Assembly (NCBI GenBank): GCA_934085595.1
Contig: CAKOHK010000001.1
Location: 77,429 to 141,428, forward strand
Length of the DNA stretch: 64,000 nt
Direction: 5' to 3'
Source: an uncultured Bacilli bacterium
Lineage (GTDB): Bacteria; Bacillota_I; Bacilli_A; RF39; UBA660
In this document: piece by piece, positions 38,450-49,747 of the stretch
Position numbering within the stretch: the stretch's first letter is position 1
How the letters are laid out: each line of letters opens with the position of its first letter
Notes under the pieces: model-generated
What the model was told of the DNA's origin: nothing
The model's database searches: none
What the model saw: only the letters and a program-made list of their open reading frames with translations
Translations under genes and position numbers: made by a program

Positions 38450-39310
38450 TTATTTCTTAGGTCTTACATTTATATTAATATACTTATATTCTTTATATAA
38501 ACTTTTTATATCATATTTTATCTTTTGATCAAGTTCATAAAACTTATTTATACTCATTCTTCCATTTACTTCTATATCAATAATAAGCATTCTATAAGTA
38601 CCATATTTTAATATAGTAATTCTTCTTATATTCTTAATTCCTTTATATTTACATAATACATTTTTAATATTATTTTTACTTTCTTTTTCTATATCTACTT
38701 CACCTAGTGAAGAATTAAAGTTTAATATAAACAAAGATATACCTACTTTAAAAGTCATAATAGATATAACTATACTACCTATAGTATCTGCATACTTAAG
38801 TAAACTACATTTATCTTGATAAAAACTAAGTAATATAAACACAAAAGCAAATGCACTTGATAAAACATCATATTTACTTTCAGTACCGCTAGTAACAAGT
38901 ATATTACTATTTAATATTTTTCCTTTTTTAATTAATAAATTACTAATAAAATATTTAGTTACTATAGATATAAAAGATATTAATAATATATAATAATTAT
39001 CTATTTTATATGTAGGTGTAAATGAATTAATAAATATTTTTATTGATAAAATTATAATAAAAATACTAATAAATATACTAGTTATATATTCTGCTTTTCC
39101 ATGTCCAAAAGGATGATTTACATCTGGCTTCTTACTTGATATTACATTACCTATATATCCTATTATATCTGTAAGCATATCACTTGCACAGTGTACTCCA
39201 TCTGCTATTAAAGTTTTACTTTTTGATATATATCCAAAAAATAATTTTATTAGTGTTAGAAAAACATTATTAGCAAAACTTATCTTTATATATTTATTAG
39301 CATTATTCAT
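38450..39310 (-). CDS. Cation diffusion facilitator (CDF) family metal efflux transporter
   Basis: 286 aa with a TM domain, a CDF motif (LIADGVHCASDMLTD) and a C-terminal cytoplasmic domain. Confidence 0.7.
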   Translation of the reverse strand: MNNANKYIKISFANNVFLTLIKLFFGYISKSKTLIADGVHCASDMLTDIIGYIGNVISSKKPDVNHPFGHGKAEYITSIFISIFIIILSIKIFINSFTPTYKIDNYYILLISFISIVTKYFISNLLIKKGKILNSNILVTSGTESKYDVLSSAFAFVFILLSFYQDKCSLLKYADTIGSIVISIMTFKVGISLFILNFNSSLGEVDIEKESKNNIKNVLCKYKGIKNIRRITILKYGTYRMLIIDIEVNGRMSINKFYELDQKIKYDIKSLYKEYKYININVRPKK

Positions 39311-39312
39311 AT

Positions 39313-41877
39313 TTATTTAGCATTATACCAGTTATTTCCAGTATTAATTTCTACTTTTAATGGTACTGATAAACACTCTACCCCTTCCATAGTATTTTTT
39401 ACTACTTCTTTAACTATATCCATCTCTTCAACAGGTACTTCAAATATTAATTCATCGTGTACTTGAAGTATCATTTTAGTTTTTAATTTTCTTTTATTTA
39501 ATTCTTCATACATTTTTACCATAGCTATTTTAATTATATCGGCAGCAGTACCTTGTATTGGAGTATTAAGCGCTATTCTCTCTCCCATATTTCTTATTAT
39601 ATAGTTTGTATTTCTAATTTCTTCTATTTCTCTCTTTCTACCAAAAAGAGTTCTAACATACCCTAGTTCTTTAGTTTTATCAACTATATCTTTCATATAA
39701 ACAGCTACGTCCGGATACATAAGTAAATATTTTTCTATATATTTTTTTCCTTCACTAACTGGTATATTTAAGTTTTCAGATAATCCATATCCACTAATAC
39801 CATATACTATTCCAAATATAACACTTTTAGCTATACGTCTTTGTTCACTTGTAACATCTTTTTCATCTATTCCAAATATATCACTAGCTACATGTCTATG
39901 TATATCTTCATTATTAATAAATGCGTTTTTAAGTTCTTTAGAACCAGTAATATGAGCAAGTACTCTAAGTTCTATTTGTGAGTAATCACTTGATAATAAC
40001 ATTGATCCTTCTGGTGCTAGAAATGCTTTTCTTATTTCTTTTCCTTCATTTGCTCTAACAGGTATATTTTGTAGATTAGGTTCTATAGATGAAAGTCTTC
40101 CAGTTCTAGCTACATTTTGTTTATATATAGTATGTATCTTTCCATCACTATGTACATAATCATTAAATGGTAATATATAACTACTTTCTAGTTTATTAAG
40201 ACGTCTATATTCTAATATTTCTTTTATAATAGGGTGTTTGCTTTCAAGTTTAACAAGTACTTCATGAGCAGTAGAATTTCCTTTTCCAGCAGGCAACTGT
40301 AATTTTTCATAAAGAATACTAGCAAGCTGTTTTGGACTACTTAAATTAAACTCACATCCGGCATACTCATAAATATTATTTTGTACTTCAAGTATTTTCT
40401 TTCTTGTAACTTCTTTTAAATCATCTATAACACTAGTATCTACAAGAACACCATTAATTTCCATATCAGAAAGTACATATATTAAAGGATGTTCTATTTC
40501 ATAGTATAGTTTATCTAATTCTTCTTTTATAAGTTTATCTTTAAAATCATTATAAGAATCATATAAAAACTTAGCTTTTAATACTATATTACTTCTTATA
40601 ATTTCATCACTTACAGTAACTTTACCATTAAATAAATTATCATAATATTCTATCTCTGTTCCAAAAGCCATAGATAAATATGCTATATCATCTTTAGTAT
40701 TATAATTAAGTAAGTATGACACTATCATAGTATCAAAACTACTTTTTACTTTAATATCATATTTATTTAATAAAACTATATTCTTTTTTAAATCAAATGT
40801 TACCATAGAATCACTAAATAAATCTTTATTTAATATTAAACTTGGTAAATCAAAGTAATATAATTTATTACCATCATATATAGATGCTCCTATTATTTTA
40901 CCTAAATTATAGTTTGAATTATCACATTCTATATATGTACTATAATTATTATTTATTAGGTTTAGTTTTCCTTCTACTTTTTCATATACTACTTTTCCAT
41001 CTTCATTTTTCATTGATGGTATAGTTTTTAAAAATGAATTAAACTCTAGTTCTTTATATAGATTTATTAAATTACTATAGTCTGGTCCATTATATTTTAT
41101 ACTTTCAAATGTATATTCAAAGTCTATATCTTTATATATAGTTGCTAGTTTATATGAAAAATAAGCATTATCTTTATCTGCTATTAATTTAGCTTTAGCT
41201 CCTGGTGATACACTTTCTATATTTTCATATATTCCATCTAAACTTCCATATTTTTGTAATAATGCAAGTGCTGTTTTCTCTCCTATTCCTTTAACTCCCG
41301 GAATATTATCTGAAGCATCTCCCATTAAAGCTTTTAAGTCTACCATCTTTTTAGGCTCAATTCCATATTCTTCATAGAATGTTTTATTATTCATCATAAC
41401 ATAACCTTTTTGCTTTAATAACTTAACATCTACTTCATCACTAATTAACTGTAATAAATCTTTATCACTACTTACAATCGTAGCATTAAACTCCTCATTT
41501 TCATCTGCCATCTTAGCAAATGTCCCAATTATATCATCTGCTTCATAATTATCACATTCTATATATTTAATTCCCATATAATCACATAGCTTTTTAGCAA
41601 CTGGAAATTGTTTCTTTAAATTATCAGGAGTAGTAATTCTACCAGCCTTATAATCATCATACATTTCTCTTCTAAAGTTAGATCCCTTATCAAAAGCACA
41701 CATAACGTACTCAGGTTTTTCTTCATTAATAATTTTATTTAGCATATTAACAAGTCCATATAACCCATTTGTAGGAAATCCTTTTGAATTATTCATAAAG
41801 TTATTAGCATATGCAGTAGCATAATAACTTCTAAATAATAAATTATTGCCATCAATTAAAATAACTCTTTTTTTCAT
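39313..41877 (-). CDS. polA: DNA polymerase I
   Basis: 5'-3' exonuclease, a 3'-5' exo-like domain and a pol domain (motifs RRxAKxxNFGxxYG-like RRIAKSVIFGIVYG and QVHDELIFE). The start is at ATG 41877, which has a GAGGAAG RBS; the ORF-track GTG at 41883 is less likely. Confidence 0.9.
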   Translation of the reverse strand: MKKRVILIDGNNLLFRSYYATAYANNFMNNSKGFPTNGLYGLVNMLNKIINEEKPEYVMCAFDKGSNFRREMYDDYKAGRITTPDNLKKQFPVAKKLCDYMGIKYIECDNYEADDIIGTFAKMADENEEFNATIVSSDKDLLQLISDEVDVKLLKQKGYVMMNNKTFYEEYGIEPKKMVDLKALMGDASDNIPGVKGIGEKTALALLQKYGSLDGIYENIESVSPGAKAKLIADKDNAYFSYKLATIYKDIDFEYTFESIKYNGPDYSNLINLYKELEFNSFLKTIPSMKNEDGKVVYEKVEGKLNLINNNYSTYIECDNSNYNLGKIIGASIYDGNKLYYFDLPSLILNKDLFSDSMVTFDLKKNIVLLNKYDIKVKSSFDTMIVSYLLNYNTKDDIAYLSMAFGTEIEYYDNLFNGKVTVSDEIIRSNIVLKAKFLYDSYNDFKDKLIKEELDKLYYEIEHPLIYVLSDMEINGVLVDTSVIDDLKEVTRKKILEVQNNIYEYAGCEFNLSSPKQLASILYEKLQLPAGKGNSTAHEVLVKLESKHPIIKEILEYRRLNKLESSYILPFNDYVHSDGKIHTIYKQNVARTGRLSSIEPNLQNIPVRANEGKEIRKAFLAPEGSMLLSSDYSQIELRVLAHITGSKELKNAFINNEDIHRHVASDIFGIDEKDVTSEQRRIAKSVIFGIVYGISGYGLSENLNIPVSEGKKYIEKYLLMYPDVAVYMKDIVDKTKELGYVRTLFGRKREIEEIRNTNYIIRNMGERIALNTPIQGTAADIIKIAMVKMYEELNKRKLKTKMILQVHDELIFEVPVEEMDIVKEVVKNTMEGVECLSVPLKVEINTGNNWYNAK

Positions 41878-42038
41878 ATACACTTCCTCATATAATTATT
41901 TTACTACATAAAGCTAAAAAAATATAATAAAATTATAAATCCATATTGTTTTATCAAGTAAAATCTTCTTAAATTAATATTTTACTTTATTTTTTACTAT
42001 TAAAAATATTCTTATTAAATATACGATAAATTAATATT

Positions 42039-42147
42039 TCCATTGAAGATTTTTGCCACTTGTGGCAATTTTCTTCAATGGAATAAACTAAATAGCATTA
42101 ATTTTTTTAAAAATGGTACATTGAAACTCTTAAAAATGGTACATTGA
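42039..42147. promoter_or_regulatory. Imperfect 44-bp palindrome plus two perfect 17-bp direct repeats upstream of polA
   Basis: Palindrome 42039-42082: TCCATTGAAGATTTTTGCCACT | TGTGGCAATTTTCTTCAATGGA, with 17 of 22 arm positions matching. Direct repeats TAAAAATGGTACATTGA lie at 42108-42124 and 42131-42147. The palindrome arms and direct repeats share the CATTGA core. Confidence 0.55.
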
Positions 42148-42222
42148 TGTTAAATAATGTGGTTAAATAGATTATATATACATACAAAAAGCATAGTATT
42201 TACTATGCATTTATCTAATTAT

Positions 42223-42507
42223 TTATCTAAGAAAACTAGGTCCTTTAAATCTTAAAGTGTATTCACTCTTATCACAAACTTTAATATCTTCAAATAAACT
42301 ATTTCCTTCTTTTACAGTATTACCATATATACCATCTACTAAATCAAGAAGCTCATACATACTATATTCCATATAACCATCTATTTCATTTTTAAATATA
42401 ACATTAATAAGAGAAGGATTTATATCAAGAACATCTTTATATTTATTTTTTATTGCCTCTACACCTCCACTACTAAACTTAACTTTAAATCTTATTTGAT
42501 TATTCAT
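42223..42507 (-). CDS. Hypothetical small protein
   Basis: 94-aa ORF. Its start overlaps the alr stop. Confidence 0.35.
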   Translation of the reverse strand: MNNQIRFKVKFSSGGVEAIKNKYKDVLDINPSLINVIFKNEIDGYMEYSMYELLDLVDGIYGNTVKEGNSLFEDIKVCDKSEYTLRFKGPSFLR

Positions 42508-43567
42508 ATATTGCTCCTTCTACTTCATACTCTTTTTTAATATCTTTATCTATAATACATGTAACTTCACTAGGTGCAGTATCTAAATATTTAGAAATAT
42601 CCATAACATGCTTACTATCTTTAATAATATAAACTACATCATTTATATTAACACTCTCATCTATTTTAACAAATAAATTACACATACATATATTACCAAC
42701 AATATAGTATTCTTTATTATTAATATACACACTTCTCTTAGTATTCTTTTTTATAATACCATTATTATAACCAATCTGCACTACAGCAATCACTTCATCT
42801 TTTTCTGCACTATAAGAAGCATCATATCCTAAAGTATCACCTTTTTTAAGATACCTTATTTCACTTATTCTACTTTTTAAACTATATACACTTTTAAACT
42901 CTTTTAGATATGTAAGTCCATAAAGTAAATCGCCTATTCTAATACCAGTTGTATATTTAAACTTATCATAATATAATAACCCTTCACTATTCATAACATG
43001 CACTATAGGTATATCTTTTTTATCTATATTTTCTAAAATACTATAAAACTTATTAATTTGATTCATAGTTATATCCTTATTACTAGCATAATATAAATGA
43101 GTATATATTCCCTCTATAATAGCTCCATTCAATGAAGAATAATTTATAATATCATTTATTTCTTCTATATCACTTATTCCATATCTATTCATACCGGTAT
43201 TTATACTAATATGTATTTTAAGATTCGAAATACAACCTATCCCCTTTAAATAATTAATGCTATCAACCATTACACTATAATTATCTTTAATACATTCATT
43301 AATATAATATTTAGGTATATTACTCATAATTAATATACCAAGATTTGTATACTTTCTAACTTTTCTTGCTTCATCTATATTAGTAACTGCAAAAAAATTA
43401 ATACCTGCTTCTTCCATAGTTTTTATAGTATTTAAGTATCCACATCCATAAGCATTAGCTTTAACTACTCCAATATAATATTTATAATCAGAATATTTAT
43501 TTTTAATATATAAAACATTATTCTTAATACCACTTAAATCTATATTATAAATACTATCATCAATCAT
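42500..43567 (-). CDS. alr: Alanine racemase
   Basis: 355 aa. The PLP-binding Lys motif is present (VVKANAYGCGY). Confidence 0.8.
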   Translation of the reverse strand: MIDDSIYNIDLSGIKNNVLYIKNKYSDYKYYIGVVKANAYGCGYLNTIKTMEEAGINFFAVTNIDEARKVRKYTNLGILIMSNIPKYYINECIKDNYSVMVDSINYLKGIGCISNLKIHISINTGMNRYGISDIEEINDIINYSSLNGAIIEGIYTHLYYASNKDITMNQINKFYSILENIDKKDIPIVHVMNSEGLLYYDKFKYTTGIRIGDLLYGLTYLKEFKSVYSLKSRISEIRYLKKGDTLGYDASYSAEKDEVIAVVQIGYNNGIIKKNTKRSVYINNKEYYIVGNICMCNLFVKIDESVNINDVVYIIKDSKHVMDISKYLDTAPSEVTCIIDKDIKKEYEVEGAIYE

Positions 43568-43615
43568 CTACTTCACACCACTTTCTTTTATCATTAAAAG
43601 TTTTCACATAAACAT

Positions 43616-44629
43616 TTATTTTTTAATCTCATCACCAAGTAAATTAATTACTTTTTCATAATAATTCATTTTTTCGTTTGCTTCATGCATTAAATAATAT
43701 TGATAATTTGTATAACATGGATATGGATTAACTTCTATTATATCTGCTCCATCTGGTGTTATAGCTATATCCCATCCTATAAATCTTATATTAGCAATTT
43801 CTCTAGCAGCACTTTCTATAAGTTCATAAACACTCTTAGCATTAGGTATCTTTATTCCCTCAAACTTAAATCCGGTTACTGGATGAGTCTTATATATATT
43901 TAAATCATCATCAACCATATCAGATATTAAATTAAACTCTTCATCAAGTCTTCCTTGTATATCATGAGAACTAATCGTATCAGTAAGACCGTCATTTATT
44001 CTAAGTATTCTTTCTATATAATACACTTTATTATCTTTAAGTAAAGTAACTACTCTTATATTATTAACTGCTGCTGGATTAATTTCAGTAAGAGTTTTAT
44101 GTTGTTTAATTTCTTCTTCTACTAAGAATTGTCTATTTTTACATAAATCATCATATAATTTCTTATAATCTTTAATTTCATTTACTTTGATCTTAACAAC
44201 TCCTGCTCCCCCAAAACCATCAACAAGTTTAGCAAAAACATTCTCTTTTCCTTTTAAAAACTCTTTAAACTCTTCAAGACTACACACTCTAAGATCAATA
44301 TAACTTCTCTTTAAATATTTACTAAATATCTTATTACAAATAATTTTATCATCCATAACAACCCTATATTTAATAGGATTTAAATAATGTAAAAGTTCTT
44401 TATAATTTTCACCAGTAAATAATTTCTTAATATCTTCATCCTTTAAATTAACAGCGTTACATTTCATATAATCAACATAACCCATCTTATATTTTAAAGC
44501 ACACTTTAAAAAATCAAACTTAACAGATATCTTACTCTTATTAGCCCTCTTAGCCTCTCTATTTAATACTTCATTCATACGTCTAAACTCTATAGATTTA
44601 ATTCTTTTTACATAATATTTTAAACTCAT
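43616..44629 (-). CDS. ATP-grasp domain protein (sugar-transfer-associated ATP-grasp-like)
   Basis: 337 aa with a C-terminal ATP-grasp-like region. Function unknown. Confidence 0.4.
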   Translation of the reverse strand: MSLKYYVKRIKSIEFRRMNEVLNREAKRANKSKISVKFDFLKCALKYKMGYVDYMKCNAVNLKDEDIKKLFTGENYKELLHYLNPIKYRVVMDDKIICNKIFSKYLKRSYIDLRVCSLEEFKEFLKGKENVFAKLVDGFGGAGVVKIKVNEIKDYKKLYDDLCKNRQFLVEEEIKQHKTLTEINPAAVNNIRVVTLLKDNKVYYIERILRINDGLTDTISSHDIQGRLDEEFNLISDMVDDDLNIYKTHPVTGFKFEGIKIPNAKSVYELIESAAREIANIRFIGWDIAITPDGADIIEVNPYPCYTNYQYYLMHEANEKMNYYEKVINLLGDEIKK

Positions 44630-44638
44630 TTATTCCTC

Positions 44639-45379
44639 CTAATTTACAATTGTTATTTCATTTGCGTAAGCAGTTTTAATATCAATTCTATTATCTATTG
44701 CTTTTCTATTTGTTTCATATGCTTTTTCATATGTATTATCATGTTCACTTATATGAATTAATACTATTTTTTTAGTATTATTCCCTATAATCATATTTAA
44801 ATACTTGGCACAATCCTCATTAGATAAGTGTCCTGTATCTCCTATATTTCTAAGTTTAGTTTGAAAGTCTTTACTTCCATTCATTTCCATTTCCACATCA
44901 TGATTACTTTCCATTAAATATATTTTTTTATTTCTCATTTTATCTAAAAACTTAGTATATATAAGACCAGTATCAGCAATATAACAAAGAGAGTCATCTA
45001 AATATTCAAAAGTATAACCATATCCTACCGCATCATGACTAATAGGTATTTTATCTATTTTAATTCCCATTATATTATCTAGTTCATCAACAAATATTAC
45101 ATCTTTAACTTTATCTTTAATTTTAACCTCTTTATATGTATCTATACCTATATATATAGGTATATTTAATCTATAAAAAGTATATAAACTATTTATATGA
45201 TCACTATGAGCATGTGTAATAATTATAAAATCTAGATTCTTAACTTCTTCATTTATTTCTATAAGTTTATCACTAATATATTTAAACGAAAAACCTACAT
45301 CTATTAAAAACTTAATTCCATTTATTTCTACAAACGTACTATTACCTTTACTACTACTTCCAAGAACTACCACTTTCAT
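44639..45379 (-). CDS. MBL-fold metallo-hydrolase
   Basis: 246 aa. The HxHxDH motif is present (ITHAHSDHI). Confidence 0.75.
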   Translation of the reverse strand: MKVVVLGSSSKGNSTFVEINGIKFLIDVGFSFKYISDKLIEINEEVKNLDFIIITHAHSDHINSLYTFYRLNIPIYIGIDTYKEVKIKDKVKDVIFVDELDNIMGIKIDKIPISHDAVGYGYTFEYLDDSLCYIADTGLIYTKFLDKMRNKKIYLMESNHDVEMEMNGSKDFQTKLRNIGDTGHLSNEDCAKYLNMIIGNNTKKIVLIHISEHDNTYEKAYETNRKAIDNRIDIKTAYANEITIVN

Positions 45380-45382
45380 ATT

Positions 45383-48300
45383 TTACACTCCAAAATCAAA
45401 TATAGATAACTGACTACTTTCAGGAAGTCCTTCAAATATATTCATTCCTCTCATAATATCTATTAATGTTTGTGATACTTTTCCTCTATTTTGAACGTCT
45501 TCAATTGATACAAATGGTTTCTTATCTCTTTCTTCAGCAAGTTTTCTTGCTCCTATATCTCCCATTGATGGAAGAGATGAGAATGGTGGAATTAAACCTT
45601 TACCATCTTCAGTTACTCTAAACATAACCGCATCACTCTTTTCTAAACTAATATTCTCAAAATGGAATCCTCTTTCAAGCATCTCATTAGCGACAAGTAA
45701 TGTATCATATACAGCTTCATCTTTAGCCTTACGATCATTATCTTCTTCTATTTGTTTAATCATCTTTTTAACAGCATCTTTACCTTTAATCATAGTTTCA
45801 ATATCAAAGTCACTCTTTCTAACAGAGAACATGACTCTATAATAATATATAGGATAATATACTTTAAACCAAGCAACTCTAAATCCATTTATAACGTATG
45901 CCGCAGCATGTGCTTTTGGAAACATGTATTTTATCTTCTCACATGAACCAATAAACCATTCAGGAACATTATGATCTTTCATAATTTGAGCATATCCTGC
46001 CCAAGTTTCTGGATCTTTAGCAACTTTACCTTTACGAACAAACTCACTTATTTTAAATGATTGTTGACTTTCAATACCATAACTTATAAGAGAAACCATA
46101 ATATCATCTCTACATCCAATAACATCTTTAAACTCACATATACCTTGTTTAATAATTTCTTGAGCATTGCCAAGCCATACATCAGTACCATGAGATAAAC
46201 CAGATATTTTAATAAGTTCAGCAAATGTTTTAGGTCTTGTATCTTCAAGCATCTGCATAACAAACTTAGTACCAAACTCCGGAACACCTAAAGAACCAAC
46301 AGTAGTCCATATTTGTGATTCATTAAGACCAAGAGCTTCACTACTACTAAATAAACTCATAACTTTTCTATCATCAAGAGGTATATCATTAAGTTTAACA
46401 CCAGTATCATCACTTAAATATTTAAGTACAGTCGGATCATCGTGTCCAAGTATATCTAATTTTAATACATTTTCTTCTATATCATGAAACTCAAAATGTG
46501 TTGTAAGCCATTCTGCTTCCATATTTTCAGCAGGTTTTTGATAAGGTGTAAAATCAAATACATCTTTATAATTCGGAATAACAATAATACCACCCGGATG
46601 CTGACCAGTTGTTCTTTTAATACCAGTTATATTTTGAGCAAGTCTTTCTATTTCCGCTCTTCTTAAATGTATTCCTTTATCTTCTGTATATTTAAGAACA
46701 AATCCATATGCTGTCTTTTCAGCAATAGTTGTAACAGTACCCGCTCTATAAACATATTCATCTCCAAATAGTACACGAGTATATTTATGTGCTTCAGCTT
46801 GGAACTCACCTGAGAAGTTTAAATCTATATCCGGTGTTTTTTCTGCTTTAAATCCAAGGAATGTTTGAAATGGTATATTTTGTCCTTGCTTCTTCATCAT
46901 ACTGCCACATTCACACTTAAGATCAGGCATATCAAAACCACTACCATATTTCTTATCAAGGCTCTCCCCATCTACTTCAAATAAACACTTTTTACATTTA
47001 GGGCATACATAATGAGGAGGAAGAGGATTAACTTCTGTAATATTCATAAAAGTCGCAACTAATGAAGAACCAACACTACCTCTTGAACCAACTATATACC
47101 CTGATTCATTAGAGTGTTTAACTAGTCTTTGAGCGATTAGATAAATAACATCATATTGTCCACCTATAATACCATTAAGTTCTGTTTCAAGTCTTGTTTC
47201 AATTATTTCAGGTAACACCTCTCCATATATAGAATGTGCAGTTGTATAAACAATATCTCTCATTTCTTGTGCAGAGTTTTCCATTTTAGGAGCACATAAC
47301 CCTGGTTTAATAATTTGTACATCTCCAACCATATCAGCAATCTTATGAGTATTATCAATAACTATCTCACGTCTTTTTTCTTCATCTATAAAATCAAACT
47401 CACTAAGCATTTCATCAGTAGTCCTAAGATAAGCATTAGGTATAGTTTTAATCGCACTTCTGTTAAGCGGATGAACGCCACCTCCAGGTTGTTTTTGAGC
47501 AACTAATATTTCTCTATATATATTATCATTTGGATCAAGCGTATGCACATCTCCACATGCACAAACAGGTTTATTAATACTATCTGCTGTATTTATAATC
47601 TTCTTTATAGTTTCTTTAATCTCAAACATATTAGCAAAATCACTAGTTTCAGTTAAATGTGTTAGTATACTAGGAGGATTAACTTCAATAAAATCATAAT
47701 ACTCCATCACATTCCTAAGATCATCTTCACTCTTAGTTTTAGCTGCTTCAAATACTTCTCCTGTATAAGAACCACTACCTATAATTATACCTTCTCTTAA
47801 TTTAGTAAGTTCACTCTTGGGCATCCTTGCCCCTTTAAAGAAATATTTAGTATTAGCATAACTAATAATCTTAAATAGATTCTTAAGCCCAACATTATCT
47901 TTAACTATTAATATAATATCAAATGGTCTACTAGTTTTCATAATAGTATCTATATTAACTAGTTTCTTTAAATCACTTATAACTTTAAAATCTTTTTTAT
48001 CTACATGTTCAAGCATCTTATAATATGCTTTCCCAGTACCTGCTGCATCATAAGTAGCTCTATGGTGAGCATCTGCTTCAAACGTAACTCCATATCTTTT
48101 AGTTAATGATTCAAGATCATGACGTCTTTCATCTGGAGTAAGCGCTCTTGACATTTCAAGTGTATCTATAACAGGATTATCAAACTCCCCAAGATTATAT
48201 TTTTCATAACAACTCTTAATAAAAGACACATCAAACTTAGCATTATGCGCTATCATAGGTTTATTTCCATAATACTCTTTAAATCTCAAAAATACTTCTT

Positions 48301-49669
48301 CTTCAAAAGGTTTATCTTCAAGCATATCATCTGTTATATGAGTAACATCTATAATTGCTTGTTTAAGTTTACGCCCTGGATTAATAAGTTCACTAAACTC
48401 ACTTATAATTTCACCATTTTTAATAGTAACTGCTCCTATTTCAATAATAGAATCTCCAGCAAACGCATTAAAACCTGTTGTTTCAAAATCAAATACAACT
48501 ATCTCATCATATAATGAAACATCACTATCTTTAGTAATAATCTTATTAACATCATCTATAACACTAAGTTCACATCCAAAAAGTACTTTTAAATCCCCTT
48601 TATTTTTATATAATTTAGGAAATACTTGTATACTATTCTTATCAGTAACAGCAACTGCATTCATGCCAAAATCTTTTACTTTACTAAGTAATTTCTTAAA
48701 CGGAATAAGACCATCCATCTGACTCATATTAGTATGTAAATGAAGTTCTATACGTTTATTTTCAGCAGTATCAGTTCTTTTTTCTTTACTTCTATTATGA
48801 GTTTCCATATCATTAACACTAAATACATAATCTCCACTTCTAGTATCAAGTTTAACATATCCTCTAAAAGTATACCAAGAACCAACGTTTATTTCACCAA
48901 GTACTCTATCATATTCACTTTTAGCTTCTTTTCTATAAAACATATTAGCAACTATACTATCACTATAATCACTTATCTTAAGTGTAATTATATTCCATCC
49001 ACTAGGTGTAGTTTTCCCCTCTATCCCAAAGACAAACCCAGTAATAATAACATTATCCATCGCAGTAATAAGATTCTTTATAAGAGTACTCTCCCCCTTA
49101 ATAAATGAACCCTTAATAATCTTTTTAGCATCTTTAGGAGCACTTTCTTTACTATTACTTACTTCAAGATTAATCTCTTCCTTAAGTTTATTATGTTCTT
49201 CTTCATTAATATTAGTTTTAATATCTACATCAAAACCCATTAATTTCATAAAAGAAATTATTTCATCTTTATAAGACATAATCTTATCTTCTTCAGCACT
49301 ATTAAGTACTTCAAAAGTAATAATATTATCTTCATACTTAACTTTATTTAAATCTGTAGAACATAAACTAGGACATTTATTTATAATCAAATTAAAATAG
49401 TATTCAAGATACTCTTTTATATATTTATTTTTATCTTCTAATATAAATACATATTCTACTTTACTAGCACTAGTAAAGTTTTTACTTTTACTCACAAGGT
49501 CTTTATATGCATCTACCCCCATTATCTCATGCATTTTAATATATAAAGTCATACTATTAAGTTTTTTATTTAAAGTAACTTTATCTAGTAAATACTCATT
49601 AAAATATGGATATTTATTTATATCAAAATCTATCTTATTTAAAAATCTTTCAAGTTTAACATCTTTCAT
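45383..49669 (-). CDS. polC: DNA polymerase III PolC-type (Gram-positive replicative polymerase)
   Basis: 1428 aa with an internal DEDDh exonuclease domain, a PHP domain and a pol III alpha core. The domain order is characteristic of PolC. Confidence 0.95.
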   Translation of the reverse strand: MKDVKLERFLNKIDFDINKYPYFNEYLLDKVTLNKKLNSMTLYIKMHEIMGVDAYKDLVSKSKNFTSASKVEYVFILEDKNKYIKEYLEYYFNLIINKCPSLCSTDLNKVKYEDNIITFEVLNSAEEDKIMSYKDEIISFMKLMGFDVDIKTNINEEEHNKLKEEINLEVSNSKESAPKDAKKIIKGSFIKGESTLIKNLITAMDNVIITGFVFGIEGKTTPSGWNIITLKISDYSDSIVANMFYRKEAKSEYDRVLGEINVGSWYTFRGYVKLDTRSGDYVFSVNDMETHNRSKEKRTDTAENKRIELHLHTNMSQMDGLIPFKKLLSKVKDFGMNAVAVTDKNSIQVFPKLYKNKGDLKVLFGCELSVIDDVNKIITKDSDVSLYDEIVVFDFETTGFNAFAGDSIIEIGAVTIKNGEIISEFSELINPGRKLKQAIIDVTHITDDMLEDKPFEEEVFLRFKEYYGNKPMIAHNAKFDVSFIKSCYEKYNLGEFDNPVIDTLEMSRALTPDERRHDLESLTKRYGVTFEADAHHRATYDAAGTGKAYYKMLEHVDKKDFKVISDLKKLVNIDTIMKTSRPFDIILIVKDNVGLKNLFKIISYANTKYFFKGARMPKSELTKLREGIIIGSGSYTGEVFEAAKTKSEDDLRNVMEYYDFIEVNPPSILTHLTETSDFANMFEIKETIKKIINTADSINKPVCACGDVHTLDPNDNIYREILVAQKQPGGGVHPLNRSAIKTIPNAYLRTTDEMLSEFDFIDEEKRREIVIDNTHKIADMVGDVQIIKPGLCAPKMENSAQEMRDIVYTTAHSIYGEVLPEIIETRLETELNGIIGGQYDVIYLIAQRLVKHSNESGYIVGSRGSVGSSLVATFMNITEVNPLPPHYVCPKCKKCLFEVDGESLDKKYGSGFDMPDLKCECGSMMKKQGQNIPFQTFLGFKAEKTPDIDLNFSGEFQAEAHKYTRVLFGDEYVYRAGTVTTIAEKTAYGFVLKYTEDKGIHLRRAEIERLAQNITGIKRTTGQHPGGIIVIPNYKDVFDFTPYQKPAENMEAEWLTTHFEFHDIEENVLKLDILGHDDPTVLKYLSDDTGVKLNDIPLDDRKVMSLFSSSEALGLNESQIWTTVGSLGVPEFGTKFVMQMLEDTRPKTFAELIKISGLSHGTDVWLGNAQEIIKQGICEFKDVIGCRDDIMVSLISYGIESQQSFKISEFVRKGKVAKDPETWAGYAQIMKDHNVPEWFIGSCEKIKYMFPKAHAAAYVINGFRVAWFKVYYPIYYYRVMFSVRKSDFDIETMIKGKDAVKKMIKQIEEDNDRKAKDEAVYDTLLVANEMLERGFHFENISLEKSDAVMFRVTEDGKGLIPPFSSLPSMGDIGARKLAEERDKKPFVSIEDVQNRGKVSQTLIDIMRGMNIFEGLPESSQLSIFDFGV

Positions 49670-49747
49670 AAGTACTCCTATAACTAAAATAATTATACAA
49701 ACAAATTAAAATTATATCAATTATAAATCGATATAATTTTAATATTT

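Noticed and set aside
41877-41883. ORF-track start of polA at 41883 (MYM...)
   Set aside because: That codon is GTG with no RBS. The ATG at 41877 (MKKRVILIDG) has a GAGGAAG RBS at proper spacing and matches typical PolA N-termini.
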